IMG/VR virus record: IMGVR_UViG_2563366805_000009
Strand: one strand, 5' to 3'
DNA: 40,060 nt
Origin: a virus
Taxonomy: Duplodnaviria > Heunggongvirae > Uroviricota > Caudoviricetes
The notes beneath the pieces are model-generated. The model did no database searches, was not told the origin of the DNA, and was given only the letters and a program-made list of their open reading frames with translations. Below are positions 1-9,469 of this stretch, piece by piece (the stretch's first letter is position 1; each line of letters starts with the position of its first letter). Position numbers and translations under genes: made by a program.

Positions 1-1053
1 TTACGGGGTAATGCCAACCGCTGCCGCCACTTTGTCGCCACTTGGCAGCGTTGCCAGAGGATTGAAACGGAGCGCCGTTTCCAGATGATCTGGTGCCAGA
101 TGTGCGTAACGCATAGTCATTTTTATATCGTGGTGTCCGAGAATTTTTTGTAAGGCGAGAATGTTTCCACCCGACATCATGAAGTGCGCCGCAAACGTAT
201 GGCGCAGAACGTGTGTGAGTTGACCGCGAGGGAGCACGATAGACGTTTTTTCCATCACGGATAAAAATTGAAAATAGTAGTCTGTAAAGAAATTGAACCC
301 ATCAAGCGCCATGATCTCTTCGTAAAGCTCTTTACTGATAGGGATGCTTCTGTTTTTCTTCCCCTTCGTTCTGACAAAGGTAATTCGGTATTTGGTCACC
401 TGTGAGCGGGTAAGATTTACGGCTTCACGCCAGCGTGCGCCTGTGCTTAAGCATATCTTAACTACCAGTGCCAGAATTGGGTCCTGACGTTTGCAATCAG
501 CCAGCAATTCAACAATCTGCTCATGGGTAAGCCATGCCATCTCTTTTTCTGCGATGGTGAATTTTCGCATGTTCTCCAGTGGGTTCGGATACGACCACTC
601 GCCCAGACGGGATAGTTCGCTAAAAACACTACTTAGATAGCTTTGCTCCAGGTTAATGGTGACCGGGCTTGCTCCTTTCTTCCATTTCTCGCTGAAGTAG
701 ATCTCGCCTGTCAGGCGTTTATCTCGATAGTGGGCAAACATTTTAGAGGTGAGATCGGTTGCAAGAGGATTACCCAGAGCGTCAACCATCAACAGCAATT
801 TGTCATAGACATGCTGCCCAGCTGTCAGAGATTTACCATGTAGTTTGAACCATAGCTCAACTACGTCTTTCAGTGTTCGACGATCCACTGATTCACCCAG
901 CCAGGGCTTTGCTTCGGTTTCTTCCATCGTGTGGCGCTCAAAAGCCAGAGCTTCGCCTTTGGTGGCGAATTGTTTACGCACACGACGTCCACTACGTCCG
1001 GCGGGGTAACATTCGCAAAGCCATTTCCCTGTGGTGAGTTTTCGTACTGCCAT
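1..1053 (-). CDS. int: Phage tyrosine integrase (P2/186-type); stop codon is the first 3 nt of the window
   Basis: ORF 1..1209 minus; internal Met (MAVRKLTTGKW...) aligns with the N-terminus of P2-family integrases as recalled; C-terminal HxxR...Y-type region (LRHTFAAHFMMSGG...MRYAHL). Start placed at 1053 by that comparison, not by search. Confidence 0.85.
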   Translation of the reverse strand: MAVRKLTTGKWLCECYPAGRSGRRVRKQFATKGEALAFERHTMEETEAKPWLGESVDRRTLKDVVELWFKLHGKSLTAGQHVYDKLLLMVDALGNPLATDLTSKMFAHYRDKRLTGEIYFSEKWKKGASPVTINLEQSYLSSVFSELSRLGEWSYPNPLENMRKFTIAEKEMAWLTHEQIVELLADCKRQDPILALVVKICLSTGARWREAVNLTRSQVTKYRITFVRTKGKKNRSIPISKELYEEIMALDGFNFFTDYYFQFLSVMEKTSIVLPRGQLTHVLRHTFAAHFMMSGGNILALQKILGHHDIKMTMRYAHLAPDHLETALRFNPLATLPSGDKVAAAVGITP

Positions 1054-1241
1054 AAAAAATGCCCTCCAGTAGAGAGCATTTTTACTGTATGTATAACCAG
1101 TGTCAATGTATGAAATCCTACGACCATACATCTCACTGAAGCCATCATGAAGTTGGCTATTCTTTTTGCTATGTGAGCATGTAACTTTTGCGGTTAACCT
1201 GCGGCTCATTTTTATTTTAGACGCAGATATAAAAGCAAAAG

Positions 1242-1433
1242 TTATCGTGAGTTTTTAGTACAGATTTTTTTGGATTTACTAATAGTTCCATCATTGCAAA
1301 CGAATTTGCCATCTGAGGTACAGTGAGAAACACCTCCCTTTTTCCCTGAGCAGGGATAATTTCTAGCATAGGTAGTTAGTGGGTTTAATAACAAAGAACA
1401 TGACAAAACCACAAAAAATACCTTACCAAGCAT
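1242..1433 (-). CDS. Small secreted cysteine-containing protein (63 aa) with N-terminal signal peptide; AT-rich moron between cI and int
   Basis: ORF track; hydrophobic N-terminus [16 protein letters not shown], 4 Cys in mature part; GGGAGGA Shine-Dalgarno 5-6 nt upstream; starts 15 nt after the CI-like gene stop; AT-rich relative to flanks. Confidence 0.45.
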   Translation of the reverse strand: MLGKVFFVVLSCSLLLNPLTTYARNYPCSGKKGGVSHCTSDGKFVCNDGTISKSKKICTKNSR

Positions 1434-1448
1434 AGTTTCCTCCCGGTA

Positions 1449-2105
1449 CTATTTAATATACTTGACTGTTAAACTTATAATTTTACCAATTATTTCAATG
1501 TCTTCTATCTTGCATTCGAAGGCTCTGTTTCCACCCTCGACGAAGATTCTTCCACCGGGTAAACGAGTAATGTCACGGATCGTTATTTCGCCATCAATAC
1601 TTATTACCCATTTACCATCACGTATATCATCAAATTCTTTATCACAAATAAATTCAGAATTGTTATCTGTGATGACAAAAGGTTTTTTAAACGTAGAGGG
1701 TAGAAATCCCTTATCAAAAATATAAAAACCGTCTTTCTGCAATGCTCCATCAGACAATAAATATTTTTCTACTTCTATAGTATTTGTATTTGCTGATGCT
1801 TGCTTTGAACCATGCCCTGTTGTTAGCCAATTAAGCGAGGTGCCCGTTTCAAGGGCGCACTGGATTACCCAATCTGCTGGAAAAATATCACGCATATAGC
1901 GCGTTGCCATGGTGCTCTTAGAAACACCTAAATGATCACAGAGAGCCTGACGGGTACCGAACCCATATGCTTCAACTAAACGTTCTATGGCTTTCTTACC
2001 GCCGCTATTGAAATCCACAAGTCCTCCAAAGAAATCCAAAATTCGTTGACAGATTCCAAAAGCGATCTTAAAGTTGAACCAGAAGTGTTCTTTTGGAGCC
2101 TTCAC
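1449..2105 (-). CDS. cI: CI-type immunity repressor (HTH N-terminal domain, larger C-terminal domain), 186-like position upstream of int
   Basis: ORF 218 aa; HTH-like segment (LGVSKSTMATRYMRD); location and orientation match the cI-int arrangement of 186-family phages. Confidence 0.7.
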   Translation of the reverse strand: MKAPKEHFWFNFKIAFGICQRILDFFGGLVDFNSGGKKAIERLVEAYGFGTRQALCDHLGVSKSTMATRYMRDIFPADWVIQCALETGTSLNWLTTGHGSKQASANTNTIEVEKYLLSDGALQKDGFYIFDKGFLPSTFKKPFVITDNNSEFICDKEFDDIRDGKWVISIDGEITIRDITRLPGGRIFVEGGNRAFECKIEDIEIIGKIISLTVKYIK

Positions 2106-2163
2106 TACTAATCACGACAAACAACGGCTCGCCACAAGCCATACCTAGAAGGAATGTTGCCTT

Positions 2164-2367
2164 ATGACACCTAACATTTCAATTACTCTGAATACACCAC
2201 ATGTCACAATCGAACGTTATAGCGAACTGACTGGCCTTTCTATTGATACGATTAACGACATGTTGGCTGATGGCCGACTACCTCGTCATCGTCTTCGTAA
2301 AGACAAAAAACGTGAAAAGGTAATGATTAACCTGGCTGCTCTGACTGTTGATGCTTTGTCTGCTTAA
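2164..2367 (+). CDS. Apl/Cox-like small DNA-binding regulator/excisionase (first gene of lytic operon)
   Basis: 67-aa ORF divergent from the repressor gene, basic C-terminus ([15 protein letters not shown]); position matches apl/cox of 186/P2. Confidence 0.6.
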   Translation: MTPNISITLNTPHVTIERYSELTGLSIDTINDMLADGRLPRHRLRKDKKREKVMINLAALTVDALSA

Positions 2368-2422
2368 TAGACGTCTATTTTCGCAATAAGACGCTGAGTT
2401 CGATTTTGCGATAAGTTCGGAG

Positions 2423-2941
2423 TTGAAAACCATGTTTGATTACCAAGTTTCCAAACATCCACATTTTGATGAAGCCTGTCGTGCATTCGCACTGCGCCAC
2501 AATCTGGTGCAACTGGCAGAACGTGCGGGCATGAATGTGCAGATTCTGCGGAACAAGCTGAACCCAGCTCAGCCTCATTTATTAACCGCACCAGAAATCT
2601 GGCTGCTTACCGATCTGACTGAAGATTCAACGCTGGTAGATGGTTTTCTGGCACAGATTCATTGTCTGCCATGTGTACCGATTAATGAGGTGGCAAAAGA
2701 GAAACTGCCACATTACGTCATGAGTGCAACCGCAGAGATCGGGCGTGTTGCTGCAGGTGCGGTATCTGGCGATGTAAAAACCAGTGCAGGTCGTCGTGAT
2801 GCTATCAGCAGCATTAACTCTGTAACACGACTGATGGCGTTGGCTGCTGTTTCATTGCAGGCCCGTTTACAGGCTAACCCTGCGATGGCGAGTGCAGTTG
2901 ATACCGTGACTGGCCTCGGTGCTTCATTCGGTTTGCTGTGA
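2423..2941 (+). CDS. CII-like phage regulatory protein
   Basis: 172-aa ORF immediately after the apl-like gene; size and position match 186 CII as recalled. Confidence 0.55.
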   Translation: MKTMFDYQVSKHPHFDEACRAFALRHNLVQLAERAGMNVQILRNKLNPAQPHLLTAPEIWLLTDLTEDSTLVDGFLAQIHCLPCVPINEVAKEKLPHYVMSATAEIGRVAAGAVSGDVKTSAGRRDAISSINSVTRLMALAAVSLQARLQANPAMASAVDTVTGLGASFGLL

Positions 2942-2948
2942 GGTGCTT

Positions 2949-3245
2949 ATGCTGACGAAAGAACCATCATTTGCATCGCTGCTGGTAAAACAAAGCCCGG
3001 CAATGCACTACGGTCACGGCTGGATCACGGGTGAGGATGGAAAACGCTGGCATCCATGTCATTCACAAGATGAATTGCTGTCTGAATTGACCACGAGGAA
3101 ACGGAGAAAGTCCAAATGTATGCGGCAGAAAGTGAAGTGGTTTATCAGTTTCGTTACAGAGGGGAGAGTTATTCAGTACCTGAAGATGATTTGCTCTGTT
3201 GCTATCCGTCATTGTCGGGCGATGGCAGTTACTTTTTCGCGTTAA
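2949..3245 (+). CDS. Hypothetical early protein (fil position of 186-like phages); 3' end uncertain
   Basis: ORF track frame 2919..3245 with Met at 2949 (MLTKEPSF...); its last ~40 codons overlap the next ORF in another frame and look low-complexity, so the true end may be earlier. Confidence 0.35.
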   Translation: MLTKEPSFASLLVKQSPAMHYGHGWITGEDGKRWHPCHSQDELLSELTTRKRRKSKCMRQKVKWFISFVTEGRVIQYLKMICSVAIRHCRAMAVTFSR

Positions 3246-3340
3246 AGGATGGGACGTTTTTACGGGGAGAGCAGGTTAAAGAGACGATACGAAAAAATGT
3301 ATCTCCTCTTGAGCGTTACCGTAAGAACAAAGAACGATAG
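3116..3340 (+). CDS. Hypothetical early protein (dhr position of 186-like phages)
   Basis: 74-aa ORF with GGAGAAAG Shine-Dalgarno 7 nt upstream of the ATG. Confidence 0.45.
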   Translation: MYAAESEVVYQFRYRGESYSVPEDDLLCCYPSLSGDGSYFFALKDGTFLRGEQVKETIRKNVSPLERYRKNKER

Positions 3341-3362
3341 CTGCGTTTGGGGGATATGAAGT

Positions 3363-3704
3363 ATGGCAATTAATGGCGCTGCAGCAACTGTTCCATTAAG
3401 CCCCGGTGAACGCCTGAATGGACTTAATCACATTGCGGAGTTAAGGGCGAAAGTTTTTGGCCTGAATATTGAGTCAGAGCTTGAGCGGTTTATTAAAGAT
3501 ATGCGTGATCCACGGGATATCAATAATGAACAAAATAAACGGGCACTGGCTGCCATATTCTTTATGGCAAAAATTCCAGCTGAACGTCATAGCATCAGCA
3601 TTAATGAGCTGACCACTGACGAAAAGCGGGAGCTGATTAAAGCAATGAATCATTTTCGTGCAGTGGTGAGCTTATTTCCCAGACGGCTAACCATGCCGAA
3701 TTAA
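3363..3704 (+). CDS. Hypothetical phage early protein
   Basis: 113-aa ORF in the co-oriented early operon. Confidence 0.5.
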   Translation: MAINGAAATVPLSPGERLNGLNHIAELRAKVFGLNIESELERFIKDMRDPRDINNEQNKRALAAIFFMAKIPAERHSISINELTTDEKRELIKAMNHFRAVVSLFPRRLTMPN

Positions 3705-3765
3705 CCAACTAATGAAATTAATGGCGTAAACCCGCCGGGCATCCCTTTATCTAAATTCAGGAGAA

Positions 3766-4005
3766 TTGATTATGCGTAATATTGAAACCCTCACGACTAA
3801 AACCGGACCGGATGACGCAGGGCTTAATATTTTACTGACAGAGGCTCGTCTGGAAGAACGCCGGGCAAGGGCTGAAGCAATGGCAGCTCGCCTTGATAGC
3901 CTGGCGTGTCATATCTCATCCCGTCAGCTAAACCACGTGGAAGCGGCAGAACTGCTGCGTGTGACTGCTGAAGCAATCCAGAACGAAGCGCAGGAGATCC
4001 ACTAA
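3766..4005 (+). CDS. Hypothetical small phage protein (coiled-coil-like)
   Basis: 79-aa ORF, stop overlaps next start (TAATG). Confidence 0.5.
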   Translation: MIMRNIETLTTKTGPDDAGLNILLTEARLEERRARAEAMAARLDSLACHISSRQLNHVEAAELLRVTAEAIQNEAQEIH

Positions 4006-4232
4006 TGGCTGATGCAATGGATCTCGTACAGCAGCGCGTTGAAGAAGAACGCCAGCGCCATATCCGTGCTGCCCGTGCCAAAACGCCGGGCGTGTCCCGC
4101 GTGCTTTGCGTTGAGTGTGAAGCGCCAATTCCGCCAGCACGCCGCCGTGCCATTCCGGGTGTGCAGCTTTGCATTACCTGTCAGGAAATCGCAGAGCTGA
4201 AAGGCAAACATTACAACGGGGGGGCTGTATGA
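4005..4232 (+). CDS. TraR/DksA-family C4 zinc-finger protein
   Basis: CVECEAPI...CITCQE (C-x2-C-x17-C-x2-C) in a 75-aa ORF; P2-like phages carry such a protein upstream of A. Confidence 0.65.
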   Translation: MADAMDLVQQRVEEERQRHIRAARAKTPGVSRVLCVECEAPIPPARRRAIPGVQLCITCQEIAELKGKHYNGGAV

Positions 4233-5086
4233 GCACCATCCTGAAATGGGCGGGAAATAAAACCGCCGTAATGTCCGAACTGAAAAAACATCTTCCTGCT
4301 GGTCCGCGACTAGTTGAACCTTTCGCGGGTTCCTGTGCTGTGATGATGGAGACGGATTATCCCTGCTATCTGGTTGCGGATATTAATCCTGATTTAATCA
4401 ACCTCTATAAAAAGGTTGCCGCTGATTGTGAATCGTTTATATCTCGCGCCAAAGTTTTATTTGAGATCGCAAACAGGGAGGTGGCTTATTACAACATAAG
4501 GCAGGAGTTTAATTACTCAACTGAAATTACTGATTTCATGAAAGCGGTATATTTCCTGTATCTCAATCGTCACGGTTACCGTGGGTTATGTCGCTATAAC
4601 AAGAGCGGGCATTTCAACATTCCCTACGGTAATTATAAAAATCCGTATTTCCCTGAAAAAGAAATTCGCGCTTTTGCAGAAAAAGCCCAGCGAGCAACGT
4701 TTATCTGCGCCAGCTTTGATGAAACGCTGGCGATGTTGAAGGCGGGGGATGTGGTGTATTGCGATCCGCCTTATGACGGTACGTTTTCCGGCTATCACGC
4801 TGACGGCTTTACTGAAGATGACCAGTATCACCTGGCATCCGTTCTTGAACATCGGTCATCAGAAGGACATCCGGTCATTGTTTCTAACAGTGACACATCC
4901 CTGATCCGTTCGCTGTATCGCAATTTTACTCACCACTATATCAAGGTAAAACGCAGCATCGGCGTAGCAGCTGGTGAGAGTAAATCAGCAACAGAAATCA
5001 TTGCTGTTTCCGGGCCGCGCTGCTGGGTGGGATTTGATTATTCGCGTGGCGTGGATAGTTCTGCCGTGTACGGAGTACGTGCATGA
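4229..5086 (+). CDS. dam: Dam-family DNA adenine-N6 methyltransferase (orphan, phage-encoded)
   Basis: N-terminal KWAGNK...EPFAGS AdoMet-binding region and catalytic DPPY motif ([10 protein letters not shown]); start chosen at internal ATG 4229, overlapping the previous stop. Confidence 0.85.
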   Translation: MSTILKWAGNKTAVMSELKKHLPAGPRLVEPFAGSCAVMMETDYPCYLVADINPDLINLYKKVAADCESFISRAKVLFEIANREVAYYNIRQEFNYSTEITDFMKAVYFLYLNRHGYRGLCRYNKSGHFNIPYGNYKNPYFPEKEIRAFAEKAQRATFICASFDETLAMLKAGDVVYCDPPYDGTFSGYHADGFTEDDQYHLASVLEHRSSEGHPVIVSNSDTSLIRSLYRNFTHHYIKVKRSIGVAAGESKSATEIIAVSGPRCWVGFDYSRGVDSSAVYGVRA

Positions 5087-7497
5087 GCCATGCCGATATG
5101 AGCAACTGCTGCGGCTTTAACGAGGCTGCCGCATCGTTCTCATGGAACAGCCCGAAAAAGGCCATTAACCCTTATCTGGACCCGGCGGAAGTTGCGCCGG
5201 TTTCTGCGCTTTCAAACCTGATCACTCTGTACGCTGCCGATAACGAGCAGGAACAACTGCGCCGCGAGGCACTGAGTGATCAGGTCTGGGAGCGTTATTT
5301 CTTTAATGAATCCCGTGATCCTGTCCAACGCGAAATAGAGCAGGATAAGCTCATTAGCCGGGCAAAGTTGGCGCATGAGCAGCAGCGTTTTAACCCGGAC
5401 ATGGTCATTCTGGCAGACGTCAGCGCCCAGCCCTCCCATATCAGCAAGCCGCTGATGCAACGTATTGAATACTTCAGCAGCTTGGGCAGGCCAAAGGCTT
5501 ATTCCCGCTATTTACGTGAGACGATTAAGCCATGTCTGGAACGACTGGAGCATGTACGCGACAGCCAGCTATCTGCATCTTTTCGTTTTATGGCAAGCCA
5601 TGTAGGGCTGGACGGCCTGCTGATTCTGCCTGAAATGAGTCAGGATCAGGTGAAACGCCTGTCTACCCTTGTCGCTGCGCATATGAGCATGTGCCTTGAT
5701 GCAGCTTGTGGTGATTTGTATGCCACCGATGACGTTAAGCCAGAAGAAATCCGCAAGACATGGGAAAAGGTGGCAGCGGAAACCCTGCGTCTGGATGTCA
5801 TCCCGCCTGCGTTTGAGCAACTCCGTCGGAAAAGAAACCGCCGTAAACCCGTGCCCTATGAACTCATTCCGGGTTCGCTGGCGCGTATGTTGTGCGCCGA
5901 CTGGTGGTACCGGAAATTATGGAAAATGCGTTGCGAATGGCGGGAAGAGCAGTTGCGTGCTGTCTGCCTGGTCAGCAAAAAAGCATCTCCCTATGTCAGC
6001 TATGAAGCCGTGATGCATAAACGTGAGCAGCGCCGCAAGTCACTGGAGTTTTTCCGTTCTCATGAACTGGTGAACGAAGAGGGCGACACGCTGGATATGG
6101 AAGACGTGGTAAACGCCAGCAGCAGCAACCCGGCGCACCGCCGCAATGAGATGATGGCCTGTGTTAAAGGTCTGGAGCTTATCGCGGAAATGCGCGGTGA
6201 CTGCGCCGTTTTCTACACCATTACCTGTCCGTCACGTTTCCATTCCACGCTCAATAACGGCAGACCAAACCCAACCTGGACAAATGCGACGGTAAGACAA
6301 AGCAGCGATTATCTGGTCGGCATGTTTGCTGCATTTCGTAAGGCGATGCACAAAGCCGGGTTGCGCTGGTATGGCGTGCGGGTGGCTGAGCCGCATCATG
6401 ACGGTACAGTTCACTGGCACCTGTTGTGTTTCATGCGCAAAAAAGACCGCCGCGCCATTACTGCATTGTTGCGTAAGTTTGCCATCCGTGAAGACCGCGA
6501 GGAACTGGGTAATAACACTGGTCCACGCTTTAAATCTGAGCTGATAAACCCGCGCAAAGGAACGCCGACAAGCTACATCGCGAAATACATCAGTAAGAAC
6601 ATTGACGGGCGTGGTCTGGCTGGCGAGATCAGCAAGGAAACGGGTAAATCCCTGCGTGATAACGCTGAATACGTTAATGCCTGGGCGTCTCTGCATCGTG
6701 TTCAGCAATTCCGCTTCTTTGGTATTCCGGGACGTCAGGCTTACCGTGAACTTCGCTTGCTGGCTGGTCAGGCGGCAAGGCAACAGGGTGACAAAAAAGC
6801 AGGTGCGCCGGTACTGGATAACCCGCGTCTTGATGCCATTCTGGCTGCTGCTGATGCTGGTTGTTTTGCCACCTACATCATGAAGCAGGGCGGCGTACTG
6901 GTTCCCCGCAAATATCACCTCATCAGAACCGCTTATGAAATCAACGAAGAGCCAACCGCCTATGGCGATCACGGTATTCGTATTTATGGCATCTGGTCAC
7001 CCATTGCAGAGGGCAAGATCTGCACTCATGCAGTGAAGTGGAAAATGGTTCGTAAGGCCGTTGACGTTCAGGAGGCGGCAGCCGACCAGGGCGCTTGCGC
7101 CCCTTGGACTCGTGGCAATAACTGTCCCCTTGCTGAAAATTTGAACCAACATGAGAAAGATGAATCAGCAGATGGGGATACCAGAACGGACATTACCTGC
7201 ATGGATGACAAGGAATTGCACGATTACCTGCACAGTATGAGCAAAAAAGAGCGCCGGGAACTGGCAGCAAGATTGCGCCTGGTTAAACCGAAACGGCGTA
7301 AAGACTACAAACAGCGAATTACAGAGTATCAGCGTCAGCAGCTCGTCTATGAACTGAAGTCCAGAGGATTTGATGGCAGCGAGAAAGAGGTCGATTTGCT
7401 CCTTTGCGGTGGCAGTATTCCGTCAGGAGCAGGCCTGCGTATCTTCTATCGGAACCAGCGTTTGCAGGAAGATGATAAGTGGCGGAACATGTATTAA
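5083..7497 (+). CDS. A: Replication initiation endonuclease (P2 gpA family, rolling-circle)
   Basis: 804-aa ORF; HWHLL (HxH) motif and conserved Tyr-containing regions typical of gpA-type Rep; position after dam/TraR genes. Confidence 0.85.
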   Translation: MSHADMSNCCGFNEAAASFSWNSPKKAINPYLDPAEVAPVSALSNLITLYAADNEQEQLRREALSDQVWERYFFNESRDPVQREIEQDKLISRAKLAHEQQRFNPDMVILADVSAQPSHISKPLMQRIEYFSSLGRPKAYSRYLRETIKPCLERLEHVRDSQLSASFRFMASHVGLDGLLILPEMSQDQVKRLSTLVAAHMSMCLDAACGDLYATDDVKPEEIRKTWEKVAAETLRLDVIPPAFEQLRRKRNRRKPVPYELIPGSLARMLCADWWYRKLWKMRCEWREEQLRAVCLVSKKASPYVSYEAVMHKREQRRKSLEFFRSHELVNEEGDTLDMEDVVNASSSNPAHRRNEMMACVKGLELIAEMRGDCAVFYTITCPSRFHSTLNNGRPNPTWTNATVRQSSDYLVGMFAAFRKAMHKAGLRWYGVRVAEPHHDGTVHWHLLCFMRKKDRRAITALLRKFAIREDREELGNNTGPRFKSELINPRKGTPTSYIAKYISKNIDGRGLAGEISKETGKSLRDNAEYVNAWASLHRVQQFRFFGIPGRQAYRELRLLAGQAARQQGDKKAGAPVLDNPRLDAILAAADAGCFATYIMKQGGVLVPRKYHLIRTAYEINEEPTAYGDHGIRIYGIWSPIAEGKICTHAVKWKMVRKAVDVQEAAADQGACAPWTRGNNCPLAENLNQHEKDESADGDTRTDITCMDDKELHDYLHSMSKKERRELAARLRLVKPKRRKDYKQRITEYQRQQLVYELKSRGFDGSEKEVDLLLCGGSIPSGAGLRIFYRNQRLQEDDKWRNMY

Positions 7498-7591
7498 TCA
7501 CGCGGGTTAACAATTCGTGCTCTTAATAATACCAGGCATATCAGGCTGATGAACGTAAAAAAACGTTTTACATCAGTAAGATTATTATATA

Positions 7592-7607
7592 CTGTAAATA
7601 TAAACAG
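7592..7607. promoter_or_regulatory. LexA (SOS) box CTGT-N8-ACAG upstream of small ORF
   Basis: Sequence TACTGTAAATATAAACAGTG (7590..7609) matches consensus TACTGTATATATATACAGTA at CTGT/ACAG and an A/T-only spacer; about 45 bp upstream of ATG 7651, which has an AGGAGG RBS. Confidence 0.55.
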
Positions 7608-7749
7608 TGGTTATATGTACAGTATTGCGTATGGTGTTATAGGAGGAAAGATGCAGGACTATTTTTTGGAGTCTTTGAAGCTCCAGCGCATTGATTTTTT
7701 TCTTAAGCTTGTAGCGGCTAGTGAGTGTAGTGATGAAGAGAAGGGGCTA

Positions 7750-8902
7750 AATAGCTGCGCGGAATAGTAGATCACTGAAAGGGAACTCAGCCCGGATTGT
7801 GCGATCTGATCAATCGCCAAACCAACCAAAATCACCAACCGGACTGAGCGATGCCGATCATAGTACCAATACCCCGTGGCGAACGACGCCTGATGCAGAA
7901 AGCTATTCATAAAACGCGTGATAAAAATCATGCCCGCAGACTCACGGCCATGCTGATGCTTCATCGGGGTGAACGGGTCAGCGATGTTGCCAGAACTCTC
8001 TGTTGTGCCCGTTCATCCGTTGGTCGCTGGATTAACTGGTTTACGCACTCAGGTATTGAAGGCCTGAAATCCTTACCCGCAGGGCGCTCCCGACGCTGGC
8101 CTTTTGAACATATCTGCACCCTGTTACGTGAGCTGATAAAGCATTCTCCCGGCGATTTTGGTTATCAACGTTCACGCTGGAGCACCGAATTACTGGCAAT
8201 AAAAATCAATGAGATAACCGGTTGCCAGTTACATGCAGGAACCGTTCGCCGCTGGTTGCCATCTGCGGGGCTTGTATGGCGCAGGGCCGCGCCAACTCTG
8301 CGTATCCGTGACCCACATAAAGATGAAAAGATGGCGGTAATCCACAAAGCGCTGGATGAATGCAGCGCAGAGCATCCGGTATTTTATGAAGATGAAGTGG
8401 ATATCCACCTTAATCCTAAAATCGGTGCGGACTGGCAGTTGCGCGGACAGCAGAAACGGGTAGTGACGCCGGGGCAGAACGAAAAATACTATCTGGCCGG
8501 CGCACTGCACAGTGGCACGGGTAAAGTCAGCTACGTGGGCGGCAACAGCAAAAGTTCAGCGCTGTTTATCGCTCTGCTGAAGCACCTGAAAGCCACTTAC
8601 CGGCGGGCGAAAACAATCACGCTGATCGTTGATAACTACATTATCCATAAAAGCCGCGAAACACAGCGCTGGTTGAAAGCAAATCCCAAGTTCAGGGTAA
8701 TTTACCAGCCGGTTTACTCGCCGTGGGTGAATCATGTGGAACGGCTATGGCAGGCACTTCATGACACGATAACCCGTAATCATCAGTGCCGCTCAATGTG
8801 GCAGTTACTGAAAAAGGTCCGCCATTTTATGGAAACCGCCAGCCCATTCCCCGGAGGAAAACATGGTCAGGCAAAAGTGTAGCGGTATTAGGCGCAGCTA
8901 TT
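7750..8902 (+). mobile_element. IS630-family insertion sequence (1153 bp) with TA target duplication in a CTAG target
   Basis: Terminal inverted repeats AATAGCTGCGC at 7750..7760 and 8892..8902 (reverse complement); TA at 7748..7749 and 8903..8904; flanks reconstitute C-TA-G; single 343-aa transposase ORF; length equals IS630 as recalled. Confidence 0.85.
7851..8882 (+). CDS. IS630-family (Tc1/mariner-like DDE) transposase
   Basis: 343-aa ORF with HTH N-terminus and DDE-type C-terminus (…VDNYIIHKS…), inside the TIR-bounded element. Confidence 0.9.
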   Translation: MPIIVPIPRGERRLMQKAIHKTRDKNHARRLTAMLMLHRGERVSDVARTLCCARSSVGRWINWFTHSGIEGLKSLPAGRSRRWPFEHICTLLRELIKHSPGDFGYQRSRWSTELLAIKINEITGCQLHAGTVRRWLPSAGLVWRRAAPTLRIRDPHKDEKMAVIHKALDECSAEHPVFYEDEVDIHLNPKIGADWQLRGQQKRVVTPGQNEKYYLAGALHSGTGKVSYVGGNSKSSALFIALLKHLKATYRRAKTITLIVDNYIIHKSRETQRWLKANPKFRVIYQPVYSPWVNHVERLWQALHDTITRNHQCRSMWQLLKKVRHFMETASPFPGGKHGQAKV

Positions 8903-9026
8903 TAGCTCTGCAGTGGGTTTCTGAATTGACTGATGAGTTGATGGCGAAAATTCGAAGCCATGAATACAGTAGGTCGATGGATGTAATCAGTTGAGCTTGT
9001 TTCGTTAGGACTTGATAAGGGAACCG

Positions 9027-9049
9027 AAAAGGGGCATTAAGCCCCTTTC
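9027..9049. terminator. Bidirectional Rho-independent terminator-like hairpin
   Basis: AAAAGGGGC-ATTAA-GCCCCTTT, T-rich on the plus side and A-run (T-run on minus) on the other; lies between the interrupted small gene and the convergent lipoprotein gene. Confidence 0.45.
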
Positions 9050-9061
9050 TCATAAGTTGAT

Positions 9062-9361
9062 TTAGTTGTTCCCCAAAGAGCCGGCCATGGCTGCATATTT
9101 AATTTCTTCGCTGGGTATTTCAGGATGTAGTTGAATTTGCCTGATGATATAGCCAGGAACTTCGTCACTCCACAGTTTCGCCGCGTCCTTACAGACCTTA
9201 TACGCGAAGTCTCTATTCTCAAAGGCATAGGATTTTCCGTATGCATATTGCTGACAGGCATGAACATAAGCTCCGAAGTCGCCGTCTTTATCTGGCAAAG
9301 CACATCCAGCTAAGGCTATGATGATTGCTACTAACGTAAAGGAGAAAGTTATACGTTTCAT
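9062..9361 (-). CDS. Small lipoprotein (99 aa), function unknown
   Basis: Signal peptide with lipobox (LAGC) at N-terminus; ORF track. Confidence 0.6.
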   Translation of the reverse strand: MKRITFSFTLVAIIIALAGCALPDKDGDFGAYVHACQQYAYGKSYAFENRDFAYKVCKDAAKLWSDEVPGYIIRQIQLHPEIPSEEIKYAAMAGSLGNN

Positions 9362-9469
9362 GGTCTCTTTCTAAGCGTTTAGCATTATTTAACTAAGGGG
9401 TATCTGCCGTGATTTGGTAGTCCCTGATATATATTCTCAGGGACTATGCTGAAGTAGCTTTAATTTTGA

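Larger units (their letters stand above)
7651..8994 (+). pseudogene. LexA-box-preceded small gene (reconstructed ~62 aa) interrupted by IS630 after codon 33
   Basis: ORF from ATG 7651 runs into the IS at 7750 and stops inside it (7765..7767); removing IS plus one TA restores an open frame (…EEKGL-ALQWVSELTDELMAKIRSHEYSRSMDVIS) ending at 8992..8994. Confidence 0.45.

Noticed and set aside
1449-2105. Calling the repressor a LexA-like self-cleaving (S24 peptidase) repressor
   Set aside because: No convincing Ala-Gly cleavage site plus Ser/Lys dyad arrangement was recognised; the SOS box downstream of A points to an antirepressor-type mechanism, so the call stays at CI-type repressor.
6232-6972. 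246-aa ORF on the minus strand inside gene A
   Set aside because: Entirely antisense to the well-supported replication gene; low-complexity Arg/Ser/Thr-rich translation typical of antisense frames in GC-rich coding DNA.
7549-7650. ORF-track start at 7549 (MNVKKRFTSVRLL…) for the small SOS-controlled gene
   Set aside because: That start lies upstream of, and would read through, the LexA box and RBS; ATG 7651 with AGGAGG 5-10 nt upstream is the more plausible start.
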